A DNA stretch of 64,000 nucleotides from Auanema rhodensis (lineage: Eukaryota; Animalia; Nematoda). This document shows, in pieces, positions 11,089-24,040 of the stretch; position 1 is the first letter of the stretch; every line of letters begins with the position of its first letter. The position numbers and the translations under genes were made by a program. The stretch spans positions 6,882,001 to 6,946,000 of the forward strand of contig OZ059895.1 in NCBI GenBank assembly GCA_964057225.1. The letters run 5' to 3'. The notes under the pieces are model-generated. The model was not told the DNA's origin, ran no database searches, and worked only from the letters and a program-made list of their open reading frames with translations.

Positions 11089-14000
11089 GAAGCTTGTCTA
11101 TCTCTTTACCGGAAACTTTTATTGTTCAGACAATCTCAGTCTAGAGTTTTGAATGTTCTTCTGAACAGGAATACGGTGCACGTGCCATTTGCCTTGGGGT
11201 ATTCAACTTCATTTTTGGTTTAATTACCCAAGTTTGAGGTACTTTGATGATTCAACAAGGGTTACACCTGATGTTGAACTAAATTTTGGAAAGCTCACTA
11301 TATGTGAGCAACATTGATATTTCATCTCTCTGAAGATTTCGAAGCTTGTCTATTTCTTGACCGGAAACTTTTATTGTTCAGACAATCTCAGTCTAGAGTT
11401 TTGAATGTTCTTCTGAACAGGAATACGGTGCACGTGCCATTTGCCTTGGGGTATACAACTTCATTTTTGGTTTAATTACCCAAGTTTGAGGTACTTTGAT
11501 GATTCAACAAGGGTTACACCTGATGTTGAACTAAATTTTGGAAAGCTCACTATATGTGAGCAACATTGATATTTCATCTCTCCGAAGATTCGGAAGCTTG
11601 TCTATCTCTTGACCGGAAACTTTTATTGTTCAGACAATCTCAGTCTAGAGTTTTGAATGTTCTTCTGAACAGGAATTCGGTGCACGTGCCATTTGCCTTG
11701 GGGTATTCAACTTCATTTTTGGTTTAATTACCCAAGTTTGAGGTACTTTGATGATTCAACAAGGGTTACACCTGATGTTGAACTAAATTTTGGAAAGCTC
11801 ACTATATGTGAGCAACATTGATATTTCATCTCTCTGAAGATTCGGAAGCTTGTCTATCTCTTGACCGGAAACTTTTATTGTTCAGACAATCTCAGTTTAG
11901 AGTTTTGAATGTTCTTCTGAACAGGAATTCGGTGCACGTGCCATTTGCCTTGGGGTATTCAACTTCATTTTTGGTTTAATTACCCAAGTTTGAGGTACTT
12001 TGATGATTCAACAAGGGTTACACCTGATGTTGAACTAAATTTTGGAAAGCTCACTATATGTGAGCAACATTGATATTTCATCTCTCCGAAGATTCGGAAG
12101 CTTGTCTATCTCTTGACCGGAAACTTTTATTGTTCAGACAATCTCAGTCTAGAGTTTTGAATGTTCTTCTGAACAGGAATTCGGTGCACGTGCCATTTGC
12201 CTTGGGGTATTCAACTTCATTTTTGGTTTAATTACCCAAGTTTGAGGTACTTTGATGATTCAACAAGGGTTACACCTGATGTTGAACTAAATTTTGGAAA
12301 GCTCACTATATGTGAGCAACATTGATATTTCATCTCTCTGATGATTCGGAAGCTTGTCTATCTCTTTACCGGAAACTTTTATTGTTCAGACAATCTCAGT
12401 CTAGAGTTTTGAATGTTCTTCTGAACAGGAATACGGTGCACGTGCCATTTGCCTTGGGGTATTCAACTTCATTTTTGGTTTAATCACCCAAGTTTGAGGT
12501 ACTTTGATGATTCAACAAGGGCTACACCCGATGTTGAACTAAATTTTGGAAAGCTCACTATATGTGAGCAACATTGATATTTCATCTCTCTGAAGATTCG
12601 GAAGCTTGTCTATCTCTTGACCGGAAACTTTTATTGTTCAGACAATCTCAGTCTAGAGTTTTGAATGTTCTTCTGAACAGGAATACGGTGCACGTGCCAT
12701 TTGCCTTGGGGTATTCAACTTCATTTTTGGTTTAATTACCCAAGTTTGAGGTACTTTGATGATTCAACAAGGGCTACACCCGATGTTGAACTAAATTTTG
12801 GAAAGCTCACTATATGTGAGCAACATTGATATTTCATCTCTCTGAGGATTCGGAAGCTTGTCTATCTCTTTACCGGAAACTTTTATTGTTCAGACAATCT
12901 CAGTCTAGAGTTTTGAATGTTCTTCTGAACAGGAATACGGTGCACGTGCCATTTGCCTTGGGGTATTCAACTTCATTTTTGGTTTAATTACCCAAGTTTG
13001 AGGTACTTTGATGATTCAACAAGGGTTACACCTGATGTTGAACTAAATTTTGGAAAGCTCACTATATGTGAGCAACATTGATATTTCATCTCTCTGAAGA
13101 TTCGGAAGCTTGTCTATCTCTTGACCGGAAACTTTTATTGTTCAGACAATCTCAGTTTAGAGTTTTGAATGTTCTTCTGAACAGGAATTCGGTGCACGTG
13201 CCATTTGCCTTGGGGTATTCAACTTCATTTTTGGTTTAATTACCCAAGTTTGAGGTACTTTGATGATTCAACAAGGGTTACACCTGATGTTGAACTAAAT
13301 TTTGGAAAGCTCACTATATGTGAGCAACATTGATATTTCATCTCTCTGATGATTCGGAAGCTTGTCTATCTCTTTACCGGAAACTTTTATTGTTCAGACA
13401 ATCTCAGTCTAGAGTTTTGAATGTTCTTCTGAACAGGAATACGGTGCACGTGCCATTTGCCTTGGGGTATTCAACTTCATTTTTGGTTTAATTACCCAAG
13501 TTTGAGGTACTTTGATGATTCAACAAGGGCTACACCCGATGTTGAACTAAATTTTGGAAAGCTCACTATATGTGAGCAACATTGATATTTCATCTCTCTG
13601 AAGATTCGGAAGCTTGTCTATCTCTTTACCGGAAACTTTTATTGTTCAGACAATCTCAGTCTAGAGTTTTGAATGTTCTTCTGAACAGGAATACGGTGCA
13701 CGTGCCACTTGCCTTGGGGTATTCATCTTGATCTTCGGTTTAATTACCCAAGTTTGAGGTACTTTGATGATTCAACAAGGGTTACACCTGATGTTGAACT
13801 AAATTTTGGAAAGCTCACTATATGTGAGCAACATTGATATTTCATCTCTCTGATGATTCGGAAGCTTGTCTATCTCTTTACCGGAAACTTTTATTGTTCA
13901 GACAATCTCAGTCTAGAGTTTTGAATGTTCTTCTGAACAGGAATACGGTGCACGTGCCATTTGCCTTGGGGTATTCAACTTCATTTTTGGTTTAATTACC

Positions 14001-17000
14001 CAAGTTTGAGGTACTTTGATGATTCAACAAGGGCTACACCCGATGTTGAACTAAATTTTGGAAAGCTCACTATATGTGAGCAACATTGATATTTCATCTC
14101 TCTGAAGATTCGGAAGCTTGTCTATCTCTTTACCGGAAACTTTTATTGTTCAGACAATCTCAGTCTAGAGTTTTGAATGTTCTTCTGAACAGGAATACGG
14201 TGCACGTGCCATTTGCCTTGGGGTATACAACTTCATTTTTGGTTTAATTACCCAAGTTTGAGGTACTTTGATGATTCAACAAGGGTTACACCTGATGTTG
14301 AACTAAATTTTGGAAAGCTCACTATATGTGAGCAACATTGATATTTCATCTCTCTGAAGATTCGGAAGCTTGTCTATCTCTTGACCGGAAACTTTTATTG
14401 TTCAGACAATCTCAGTCTAGAGTTTTGAATGTTCTTCTGAACAGGAATACGGTGCACGTGCCACTTGCCTTGGGGTATTCATCTTGATCTTCGGTTTAAT
14501 TACCCAAGTTTGAGGTACTTTGATGATTCAACAAGGGTTACACCTGATGTTGAACTAAATTTTGGAAAGCTCACTATATGTGAGCAACATTGATATTTCA
14601 TCTCTCTGAAGATTCGGAAGCTTGTCTATCTCTTTACCGGAAACTTTTATTGTTCAGACAATCTCAGTCTAGAGTTTTGAATGTTCTTCTGAACAGGAAT
14701 ACGGTGCACGTGCCACTTGCCTTGGGGTATTCATCTTGATCTTCGGTTTAATTACCCAAGTTTGAGGTACTTTGATGATTCAACAAGGGCTACACCCGAT
14801 GTTGAACTAAATTTTGGAAAGCTCACTATATGTGAGCAACATTGATATTTCATCTCTCTGAAGATTCGGAAGCTTGTCTATCTCTTTACCGGAAACTTTT
14901 ATTGTTCAGACAATCTCAGTCTAGAGTTTTGAATGTTCTTCTGAACAGGAATACGGTGCACGTGCCATTTGCCTTGGGGTATTCAACTTCATTTTTGGTT
15001 TAATTACCCAAGTTTGAGGTACTTTGATGATTCAACAAGGGCTACACCCGATGTTGAACTAAATTTTGGAAAGCTCACTATATGTGAGCAACATTGATAT
15101 TTCATCTCTCTGAGGATTCGGAAGCTTGTCTATCTCTTTACCGGAAACTTTTATTGTTCAGACAATCTCAGTCTAGAGTTTTGAATGTTCTTCTGAACAG
15201 GAATTCGGTGCACGTGCCATTTGCCTTGGGGTATTCAACTTCATTTTTGGTTTAATTACCCAAGTTTGAGGTACTTTGATGATTCAACAAGGGTTACACC
15301 TGATGTTGAACTAAATTTTGGAAAGCTCACTATATGTGAGCAACATTGATATTTCATCTCTCTGAAGATTCGGAAGCTTGTCTATCTCTTTACCGGAAAC
15401 TTTTATTGTTCAGACAATCTCAGTCTAGAGTTTTGAATGTTCTTCTGAACAGGAATACGGTGCACGTGCCATTTGCCTTGGGGTATTCAACTTCATTTTT
15501 GGTTTAATTACCCAAGTTTGAGGTACTTTGATGATTCAACAAGGGTTACACCTGATGTTGAACTAAATTTTGGAAAGCTCACTATATGTGAGCAACATTG
15601 ATATTTCATCTCTCTGAAGATTTCGAAGCTTGTCTATTTCTTGACCGGAAACTTTTATTGTTCAGACAATCTCAGTCTAGAGTTTTGAATGTTCTTCTGA
15701 ACAGGAATACGGTGCACGTGCCATTTGCCTTGGGGTATACAACTTCATTTTTGGTTTAATTACCCAAGTTTGAGGTACTTTGATGATTCAACAAGGGTTA
15801 CACCTGATGTTGAACTAAATTTTGGAAAGCTCACTATATGTGAGCAACATTGATATTTCATCTCTCCGAAGATTCGGAAGCTTGTCTATCTCTTGACCGG
15901 AAACTTTTATTGTTCAGACAATCTCAGTCTAGAGTTTTGAATGTTCTTCTGAACAGGAATTCGGTGCACGTGCCATTTGCCTTGGGGTATTCAACTTCAT
16001 TTTTGGTTTAATTACCCAAGTTTGAGGTACTTTGATGATTCAACAAGGGTTACACCTGATGTTGAACTAAATTTTGGAAAGCTCACTATATGTGAGCAAC
16101 ATTGATATTTCATCTCTCTGAAGATTCGGAAGCTTGTCTATCTCTTGACCGGAAACTTTTATTGTTCAGACAATCTCAGTTTAGAGTTTTGAATGTTCTT
16201 CTGAACAGGAATTCGGTGCACGTGCCATTTGCCTTGGGGTATTCAACTTCATTTTTGGTTTAATTACCCAAGTTTGAGGTACTTTGATGATTCAACAAGG
16301 GTTACACCTGATGTTGAACTAAATTTTGGAAAGCTCACTATATGTGAGCAACATTGATATTTCATCTCTCCGAAGATTCGGAAGCTTGTCTATCTCTTGA
16401 CCGGAAACTTTTATTGTTCAGACAATCTCAGTCTAGAGTTTTGAATGTTCTTCTGAACAGGAATTCGGTGCACGTGCCATTTGCCTTGGGGTATTCAACT
16501 TCATTTTTGGTTTAATTACCCAAGTTTGAGGTACTTTGATGATTCAACAAGGGTTACACCTGATGTTGAACTAAATTTTGGAAAGCTCACTATATGTGAG
16601 CAACATTGATATTTCATCTCTCTGATGATTCGGAAGCTTGTCTATCTCTTTACCGGAAACTTTTATTGTTCAGACAATCTCAGTCTAGAGTTTTGAATGT
16701 TCTTCTGAACAGGAATACGGTGCACGTGCCATTTGCCTTGGGGTATTCAACTTCATTTTTGGTTTAATTACCCAAGTTTGAGGTACTTTGATGATTCAAC
16801 AAGGGCTACACCCGATGTTGAACTAAATTTTGGAAAGCTCACTATATGTGAGCAACATTGATATTTCATCTCTCTGAGGATTCGGAAGCTTGTCTATCTC
16901 TTTACCGGAAACTTTTATTGTTCAGACAATCTCAGTCTAGAGTTTTGAATGTTCTTCTGAACAGGAATACGGTGCACGTGCCATTTGCCTTGGGGTATTC

Positions 17001-19404
17001 AACTTCATTTTTGGTTTAATTACCCAAGTTTGAGGTACTTTGATGATTCAACAAGGGTTACACCTGATGTTGAACTAAATTTTGGAAAGCTCACTATATG
17101 TGAGCAACATTGATATTTCATCTCTCTGAAGATTCGGAAGCTTGTCTATCTCTTGACCGGAAACTTTTATTGTTCAGACAATCTCAGTTTAGAGTTTTGA
17201 ATGTTCTTCTGAACAGGAATTCGGTGCACGTGCCATTTGCCTTGGGGTATTCAACTTCATTTTTGGTTTAATTACCCAAGTTTGAGGTACTTTGATGATT
17301 CAACAAGGGTTACACCTGATGTTGAACTAAATTTTGGAAAGCTCACTATATGTGAGCAACATTGATATTTCATCTCTCTGATGATTCGGAAGCTTGTCTA
17401 TCTCTTTACCGGAAACTTTTATTGTTCAGACAATCTCAGTCTAGAGTTTTGAATGTTCTTCTGAACAGGAATACGGTGCACGTGCCATTTGCCTTGGGGT
17501 ATTCAACTTCATTTTTGGTTTAATTACCCAAGTTTGAGGTACTTTGATGATTCAACAAGGGCTACACCCGATGTTGAACTAAATTTTGGAAAGCTCACTA
17601 TATGTGAGCAACATTGATATTTCATCTCTCTGAAGATTCGGAAGCTTGTCTATCTCTTTACCGGAAACTTTTATTGTTCAGACAATCTCAGTCTAGAGTT
17701 TTGAATGTTCTTCTGAACAGGAATACGGTGCACGTGCCACTTGCCTTGGGGTATTCATCTTGATCTTCGGTTTAATTACCCAAGTTTGAGGTACTTTGAT
17801 GATTCAACAAGGGTTACACCTGATGTTGAACTAAATTTTGGAAAGCTCACTATATGTGAGCAACATTGATATTTCATCTCTCTGATGATTCGGAAGCTTG
17901 TCTATCTCTTTACCGGAAACTTTTATTGTTCAGACAATCTCAGTCTAGAGTTTTGAATGTTCTTCTGAACAGGAATACGGTGCACGTGCCATTTGCCTTG
18001 GGGTATTCAACTTCATTTTTGGTTTAATTACCCAAGTTTGAGGTACTTTGATGATTCAACAAGGGCTACACCCGATGTTGAACTAAATTTTGGAAAGCTC
18101 ACTATATGTGAGCAACATTGATATTTCATCTCTCTGAAGATTCGGAAGCTTGTCTATCTCTTTACCGGAAACTTTTATTGTTCAGACAATCTCAGTCTAG
18201 AGTTTTGAATGTTCTTCTGAACAGGAATACGGTGCACGTGCCATTTGCCTTGGGGTATACAACTTCATTTTTGGTTTAATTACCCAAGTTTGAGGTACTT
18301 TGATGATTCAACAAGGGTTACACCTGATGTTGAACTAAATTTTGGAAAGCTCACTATATGTGAGCAACATTGATATTTCATCTCTCTGAAGATTCGGAAG
18401 CTTGTCTATCTCTTGACCGGAAACTTTTATTGTTCAGACAATCTCAGTCTAGAGTTTTGAATGTTCTTCTGAACAGGAATACGGTGCACGTGCCACTTGC
18501 CTTGGGGTATTCATCTTGATCTTCGGTTTAATTACCCAAGTTTGAGGTACTTTGATGATTCAACAAGGGTTACACCTGATGTTGAACTAAATTTTGGAAA
18601 GCTCACTATATGTGAGCAACATTGATATTTCATCTCTCTGAAGATTCGGAAGCTTGTCTATCTCTTTACCGGAAACTTTTATTGTTCAGACAATCTCAGT
18701 CTAGAGTTTTGAATGTTCTTCTGAACAGGAATACGGTGCACGTGCCACTTGCCTTGGGGTATTCATCTTGATCTTCGGTTTAATTACCCAAGTTTGAGGT
18801 ACTTTGATGATTCAACAAGGGCTACACCCGATGTTGAACTAAATTTTGGAAAGCTCACTATATGTGAGCAACATTGATATTTCATCTCTCTGAAGATTCG
18901 GAAGCTTGTCTATCTCTTTACCGGAAACTTTTATTGTTCAGACAATCTCAGTCTAGAGTTTTGAATGTTCTTCTGAACAGGAATACGGTGCACGTGCCAT
19001 TTGCCTTGGGGTATTCAACTTCATTTTTGGTTTAATTACCCAAGTTTGAGGTACTTTGATGATTCAACAAGGGCTACACCCGATGTTGAACTAAATTTTG
19101 GAAAGCTCACTATATGTGAGCAACATTGATATTTCATCTCTCTGAGGATTCGGAAGCTTGTCTATCTCTTTACCGGAAACTTTTATTGTTCAGACAATCT
19201 CAGTCTAGAGTTTTGAATGTTCTTCTGAACAGGAATACGGTGCACGTGCCATTTGCCTTGGGGTATTCAACTTCATTTTTGGTTTAATTACCCAAGTTTG
19301 AGGTACTTTGATGATTCAACAAGGGTTACACCTGATGTTGAACTAAATTTTGGAAAGCTCACTATATGTGAGCAACATTGATATTTCATCTCTCTGAAGA
19401 TTCG
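11089..19404 (+). repeat. Tandem duplication of a 16-17-monomer block (about 4.0-4.3 kb)
   Basis: GATTTC-GAAGCTTGTCTATTTC monomers start at 11341 and 15625 (+4284). TCCGAAG, TGATGATTCG, TGAGGATTCG, GCCACTTG+CATCTTGATCTTCGG, GTATAC and GCTACACCCG follow in the same order. Copy 1 has one extra monomer near 12349-12852, after which the offset is 4032. Confidence 0.9.
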
Positions 19405-22400
19405 GAAGCTTGTCTATCTCTTGACCGGAAACTTTTATTGTTCAGACAATCTCAGTTTAGAGTTTTGAATGTTCTTCTGAACAGGAATTCGGTGCACGTG
19501 CCATTTGCCTTGGGGTATTCAACTTCATTTTTGGTTTAATTACCCAAGTTTGAGGTACTTTGATGATTCAACAAGGGTTACACCTGATGTTGAACTAAAT
19601 TTTGGAAAGCTCACTATATGTGAGCAACATTGATATTTCATCTCTCTGAAGATTCGGAAGCTTGTCTATCTCTTTACCGGAAACTTTTATTGTTCAGACA
19701 ATCTCAGTCTAGAGTTTTGAATGTTCTTCTGAACAGGAATACGGTGCACGTGCCATTTGCCTTGGGGTATTCAACTTCATTTTTGGTTTAATTACCCAAG
19801 TTTGAGGTACTTTGATGATTCAACAAGGGCTACACCTGATGTTGAACTAAATTTTGGAAAGCTCACTATATGTGAGCAACATTGATATTTCATCTCTCTG
19901 ATGATTCGGAAGCTTGTCTATCTCTTTACCGGAAACTTTTATTGTTCAGACAATCTCAGTCTAGAGTTTTGAATGTTCTTCTGAACAGGAATACGGTGCA
20001 CGTGCCATTTGCCTTGGGGTATTCAACTTCATTTTTGGTTTAATTACCCAAGTTTGAGGTACTTTGATGATTCAACAAGGGCTACACCTGATGTTGAACT
20101 AAATTTTGGAAAGCTCACTATATGTGAGCAACATTGATATTTCATCTCTCTGAAGATTCGGAAGCTTGTCTATCTCTTTACCGGAAACTTTTATTGTTCA
20201 GACAATCTCAGTCTAGAGTTTTGAATGTTCTTCTGAACAGGAATACGGTGCACGTGCCATTTGCCTTGGGGTATTCAACTTCATTTTTGGTTTAATTACC
20301 CAAGTTTGAGGTACTTTGATGATTCAACAAGGGTAACACCTGATGTTGAACTAAATTTTGGAAAGCTCACTATATGTGAGCAACATTGATATTTGATCTC
20401 TCTGAAGATTCGGAAGCTTGTCTATCTCTTGACCGGAAACTTTTATTGTTCAGACAATCTCAGTCTAGAGTTTTGAATGTTCTTCTGAACAGGAATACGG
20501 TGCACGTGCCATTTGCCTTGGGGTATACAACTTCATTTTTGGTTTAATTACCCAAGTTTGAGGTACTTTGATGATTCAACAAGGGTCACACCTGATGTTG
20601 AACTAAATTTTGGAAAGCTCACTATATGTGAGCAACATTGATATTTCATCTCTCTGAAGATTTCGAAGCTTGTCTATTTCTTGACCGGAAACTTTTATTG
20701 TTCAGACAATCTCAGTCTAGAGTTTTGAATGTTCTTCTGAACAGGAATACGGTGCACGTGCCATTTGCCTTGGGGTATACAACTTCATTTTTGGTTTAAT
20801 TACCCAAGTTTGAGGTACTTTGATGATTCAACAAGGGTTACACCTGATGTTGAACTAAATTTTGGAAAGCTCACTATATGTGAGCAACATTGATATTTCA
20901 TCTCTCTGAAGATTCGGAAGCTTGTCTATCTCTTGACCGGAAACTTTTATTGTTCAGACAATCTCAGTCTAGAGTTTTGAATGTTCTTCTGAACAGGAAT
21001 TCGGTGCACGTGCCATTTGCCTTGGGGTATTCAACTTCATTTTTGGTTTAATTACCCAAGTTTGAGGTACTTTGATGATTCAACAAGGGTTACACCTGAT
21101 GTTGAACTAAATTTTGGAAAGCTCACTATATGTGAGCAACATTGATATTTCATCTCTCTGAAGATTCGGAAGCTTGTCTCTCTCTTTACCGGAAACTTTT
21201 ATTGTTCAGACAATCTCAGTCTAGAGTTTTGAATGTTCTTCTGAACAGGAATACGGTGCACGTGCCATTTGCCTTGGGGTATTCAACTTCATTTTTGGTT
21301 TAATTACCCAAGTTTGAGGTACTTTGATGATTCAACAAGGGTTACACCTCATGTTGAACTAAATTTTGGAAAGCTCACTATATGTGAGCAACATTGATAT
21401 TTCATCTCTCTGAACATTCGGAAGCTTGTCTATCTCTTGACCGGAAATGGTTATTGTTCAGACAATCTCAGTCTAGAGTTTTGAATGTTCTTCTGAACAG
21501 GAATACGGTGCACGTGCCATTTGCCTTGGGGTATTCAACTTCATTTTTGGTTTAATTACCCAAGTTTGAGGTACTTTGATGATTCAACAAGGGTTACACC
21601 TGATGTTGAACTAAATTTTGGAAAGCTCACTATATGTGAGCAACATTGATATTTCATCTCTCTGAACATTCGGAAGCTTGTCTATCTCTTGACCGGAAAT
21701 GGTTATTGTTCAGACAATCTCAGTCTAGAGTTTTGAATGTTCTTCTGAACAGGAATACGGTGCACGTGCCATTTGCCTTGGGGTATTCAACTTCATTTTT
21801 GGTTTAATTACCCAAGTTTGAGGTACTTTGATGATTCAACAAGGGTTACACCTGATGTTGAACTAAATTTTGGAAAGCTCACTATATGTGAGCAACATTG
21901 ATATTTCATCTCTCTGAAGATTCGGAAGCTTGTCTATCTCTTGACCGGAAACTTTTATTGTTCAGACAATCTCAGTTTAGAGTTTTGAATGTTCTTCTGA
22001 ACAGGAATTCGGTGCACGTGCCATTTGCCTTGGGGTATTCAACTTCATTTTTGGTTTAATTACCCAAGTTTGAGGTACTTTGATGATTCAACAAGGGTTA
22101 CACCTGATGTTGAACTAAATTTTGGAAAGCTCACTATATGTGAGCAACATTGATATTTCATCTCTCTGAAGATTCGGAAGCTTGTCTATCTCTTTACCGG
22201 AAACTTTTATTGTTCAGACAATCTCAGTCTAGAGTTTTGAATGTTCTTCTGAACAGGAATACGGTGCACGTGCCATTTGCCTTGGGGTATTCAACTTCAT
22301 TTTTGGTTTAATTACCCAAGTTTGAGATACTTTGATGATTCAACAAGGGCTACACCTGATGTTGAACTAAATTTTGGAAAGCTCACTATATGTGAGCAAC

Positions 22401-24040
22401 ATTGATATTTCATCTCTCTGATGATTCGGAAGCTTGTCTATCTCTTTACCGGAAACTTTTATTGTTCAGACAATCTCAGTCTAGAGTTTTGAATGTTCTT
22501 CTGAACAGGAATACGGTGCACGTGCCATTTGCCTTGGGGTATTCAACTTCATTTTTGGTTTAATTACCCAAGTTTGAGGTACTTTGATGATTCAACAAGG
22601 GCTACACCTGATGTTGAACTAAATTTTGGAAAGCTCACTATATGTGAGCAACATTGATATTTCATCTCTCTGAAGATTCGGAAGCTTGTCTATCTCTTTA
22701 CCGGAAACTTTTATTGTTCAGACAATCTCAGTCTAGAGTTTTGAATGTTCTTCTGAACAGGAATACGGTGCACGTGCCATTTGCCTTGGGGTATTCAACT
22801 TCATTTTTGGTTTAATTACCCAAGTTTGAGGTACTTTGATGATTCAACAAGGGTAACACCTGATGTTGAACTAAATTTTGGAAAGCTCACTATATGTGAG
22901 CAACATTGATATTTCATCTCTCTGAAGATTTCGAAGCTTGTCTATTTCTTGACCGGAAACTTTTATTGTTCAGACAATCTCAGTCTAGAGTTTTGAATGT
23001 TCTTCTGAACAGGAATACGGTGCACGTGCCATTTGCCTTGGGGTATACAACTTCATTTTTGGTTTAATTACCCAAGTTTGAGGTACTTTGATGATTCAAC
23101 AAGGGTTACACCTGATGTTGAACTAAATTTTGGAAAGCTCACTATATGTGAGCAACATTGATATTTCATCTCTCTGAAGATTCGGAAGCTTGTCTATCTC
23201 TTGACCGGAAACTTTTATTGTTCAGACAATCTCAGTCTAGAGTTTTGAATGTTCTTCTGAACAGGAATTCGGTGCACGTGCCATTTGCCTTGGGGTATTC
23301 AACTTCATTTTTGGTTTAATTACCCAAGTTTGAGGTACTTTGATGATTCAACAAGGGTTACACCTGATGTTGAACTAAATTTTGGAAAGCTCACTATATG
23401 TGAGCAACATTGATATTTCATCTCTCTGAAGATTCGGAAGCTTGTCTCTCTCTTTACCGGAAACTTTTATTGTTCAGACAATCTCAGTCTAGAGTTTTGA
23501 ATGTTCTTCTGAACAGGAATACGGTGCACGTGCCATTTGCCTTGGGGTATTCAACTTCATTTTTGGTTTAATTACCCAAGTTTGAGGTACTTTGATGATT
23601 CAACAAGGGTTACACCTCATGTTGAACTAAATTTTGGAAAGCTCACTATATGTGAGCAACATTGATATTTCATCTCTCTGAACATTCGGAAGCTTGTCTA
23701 TCTCTTGACCGGAAATGGTTATTGTTCAGACAATCTCAGTCTAGAGTTTTGAATGTTCTTCTGAACAGGAATACGGTGCACGTGCCATTTGCCTTGGGGT
23801 ATTCAACTTCATTTTTGGTTTAATTACCCAAGTTTGAGGTACTTTGATGATTCAACAAGGGTTACACCTGATGTTGAACTAAATTTTGGAAAGCTCACTA
23901 TATGTGAGCAACATTGATATTTCATCTCTCTGAACATTCGGAAGCTTGTCTATCTCTTGACCGGAAATGGTTATTGTTCAGACAATCTCAGTCTAGAGTT
24001 TTGAATGTTCTTCTGAACAGGAATACGGTGCACGTGCCAT
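19405..24040 (+). repeat. Tandem duplication of a 9-10-monomer block
   Basis: Private variants GGGTAACACC (monomers at 20161, 22681) and GTCTCTCTC+ACCTCATG (21169, 23437) occur once per copy, each followed by AAATGG monomers. Copy 1 has one extra monomer near 20413. Confidence 0.88.
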
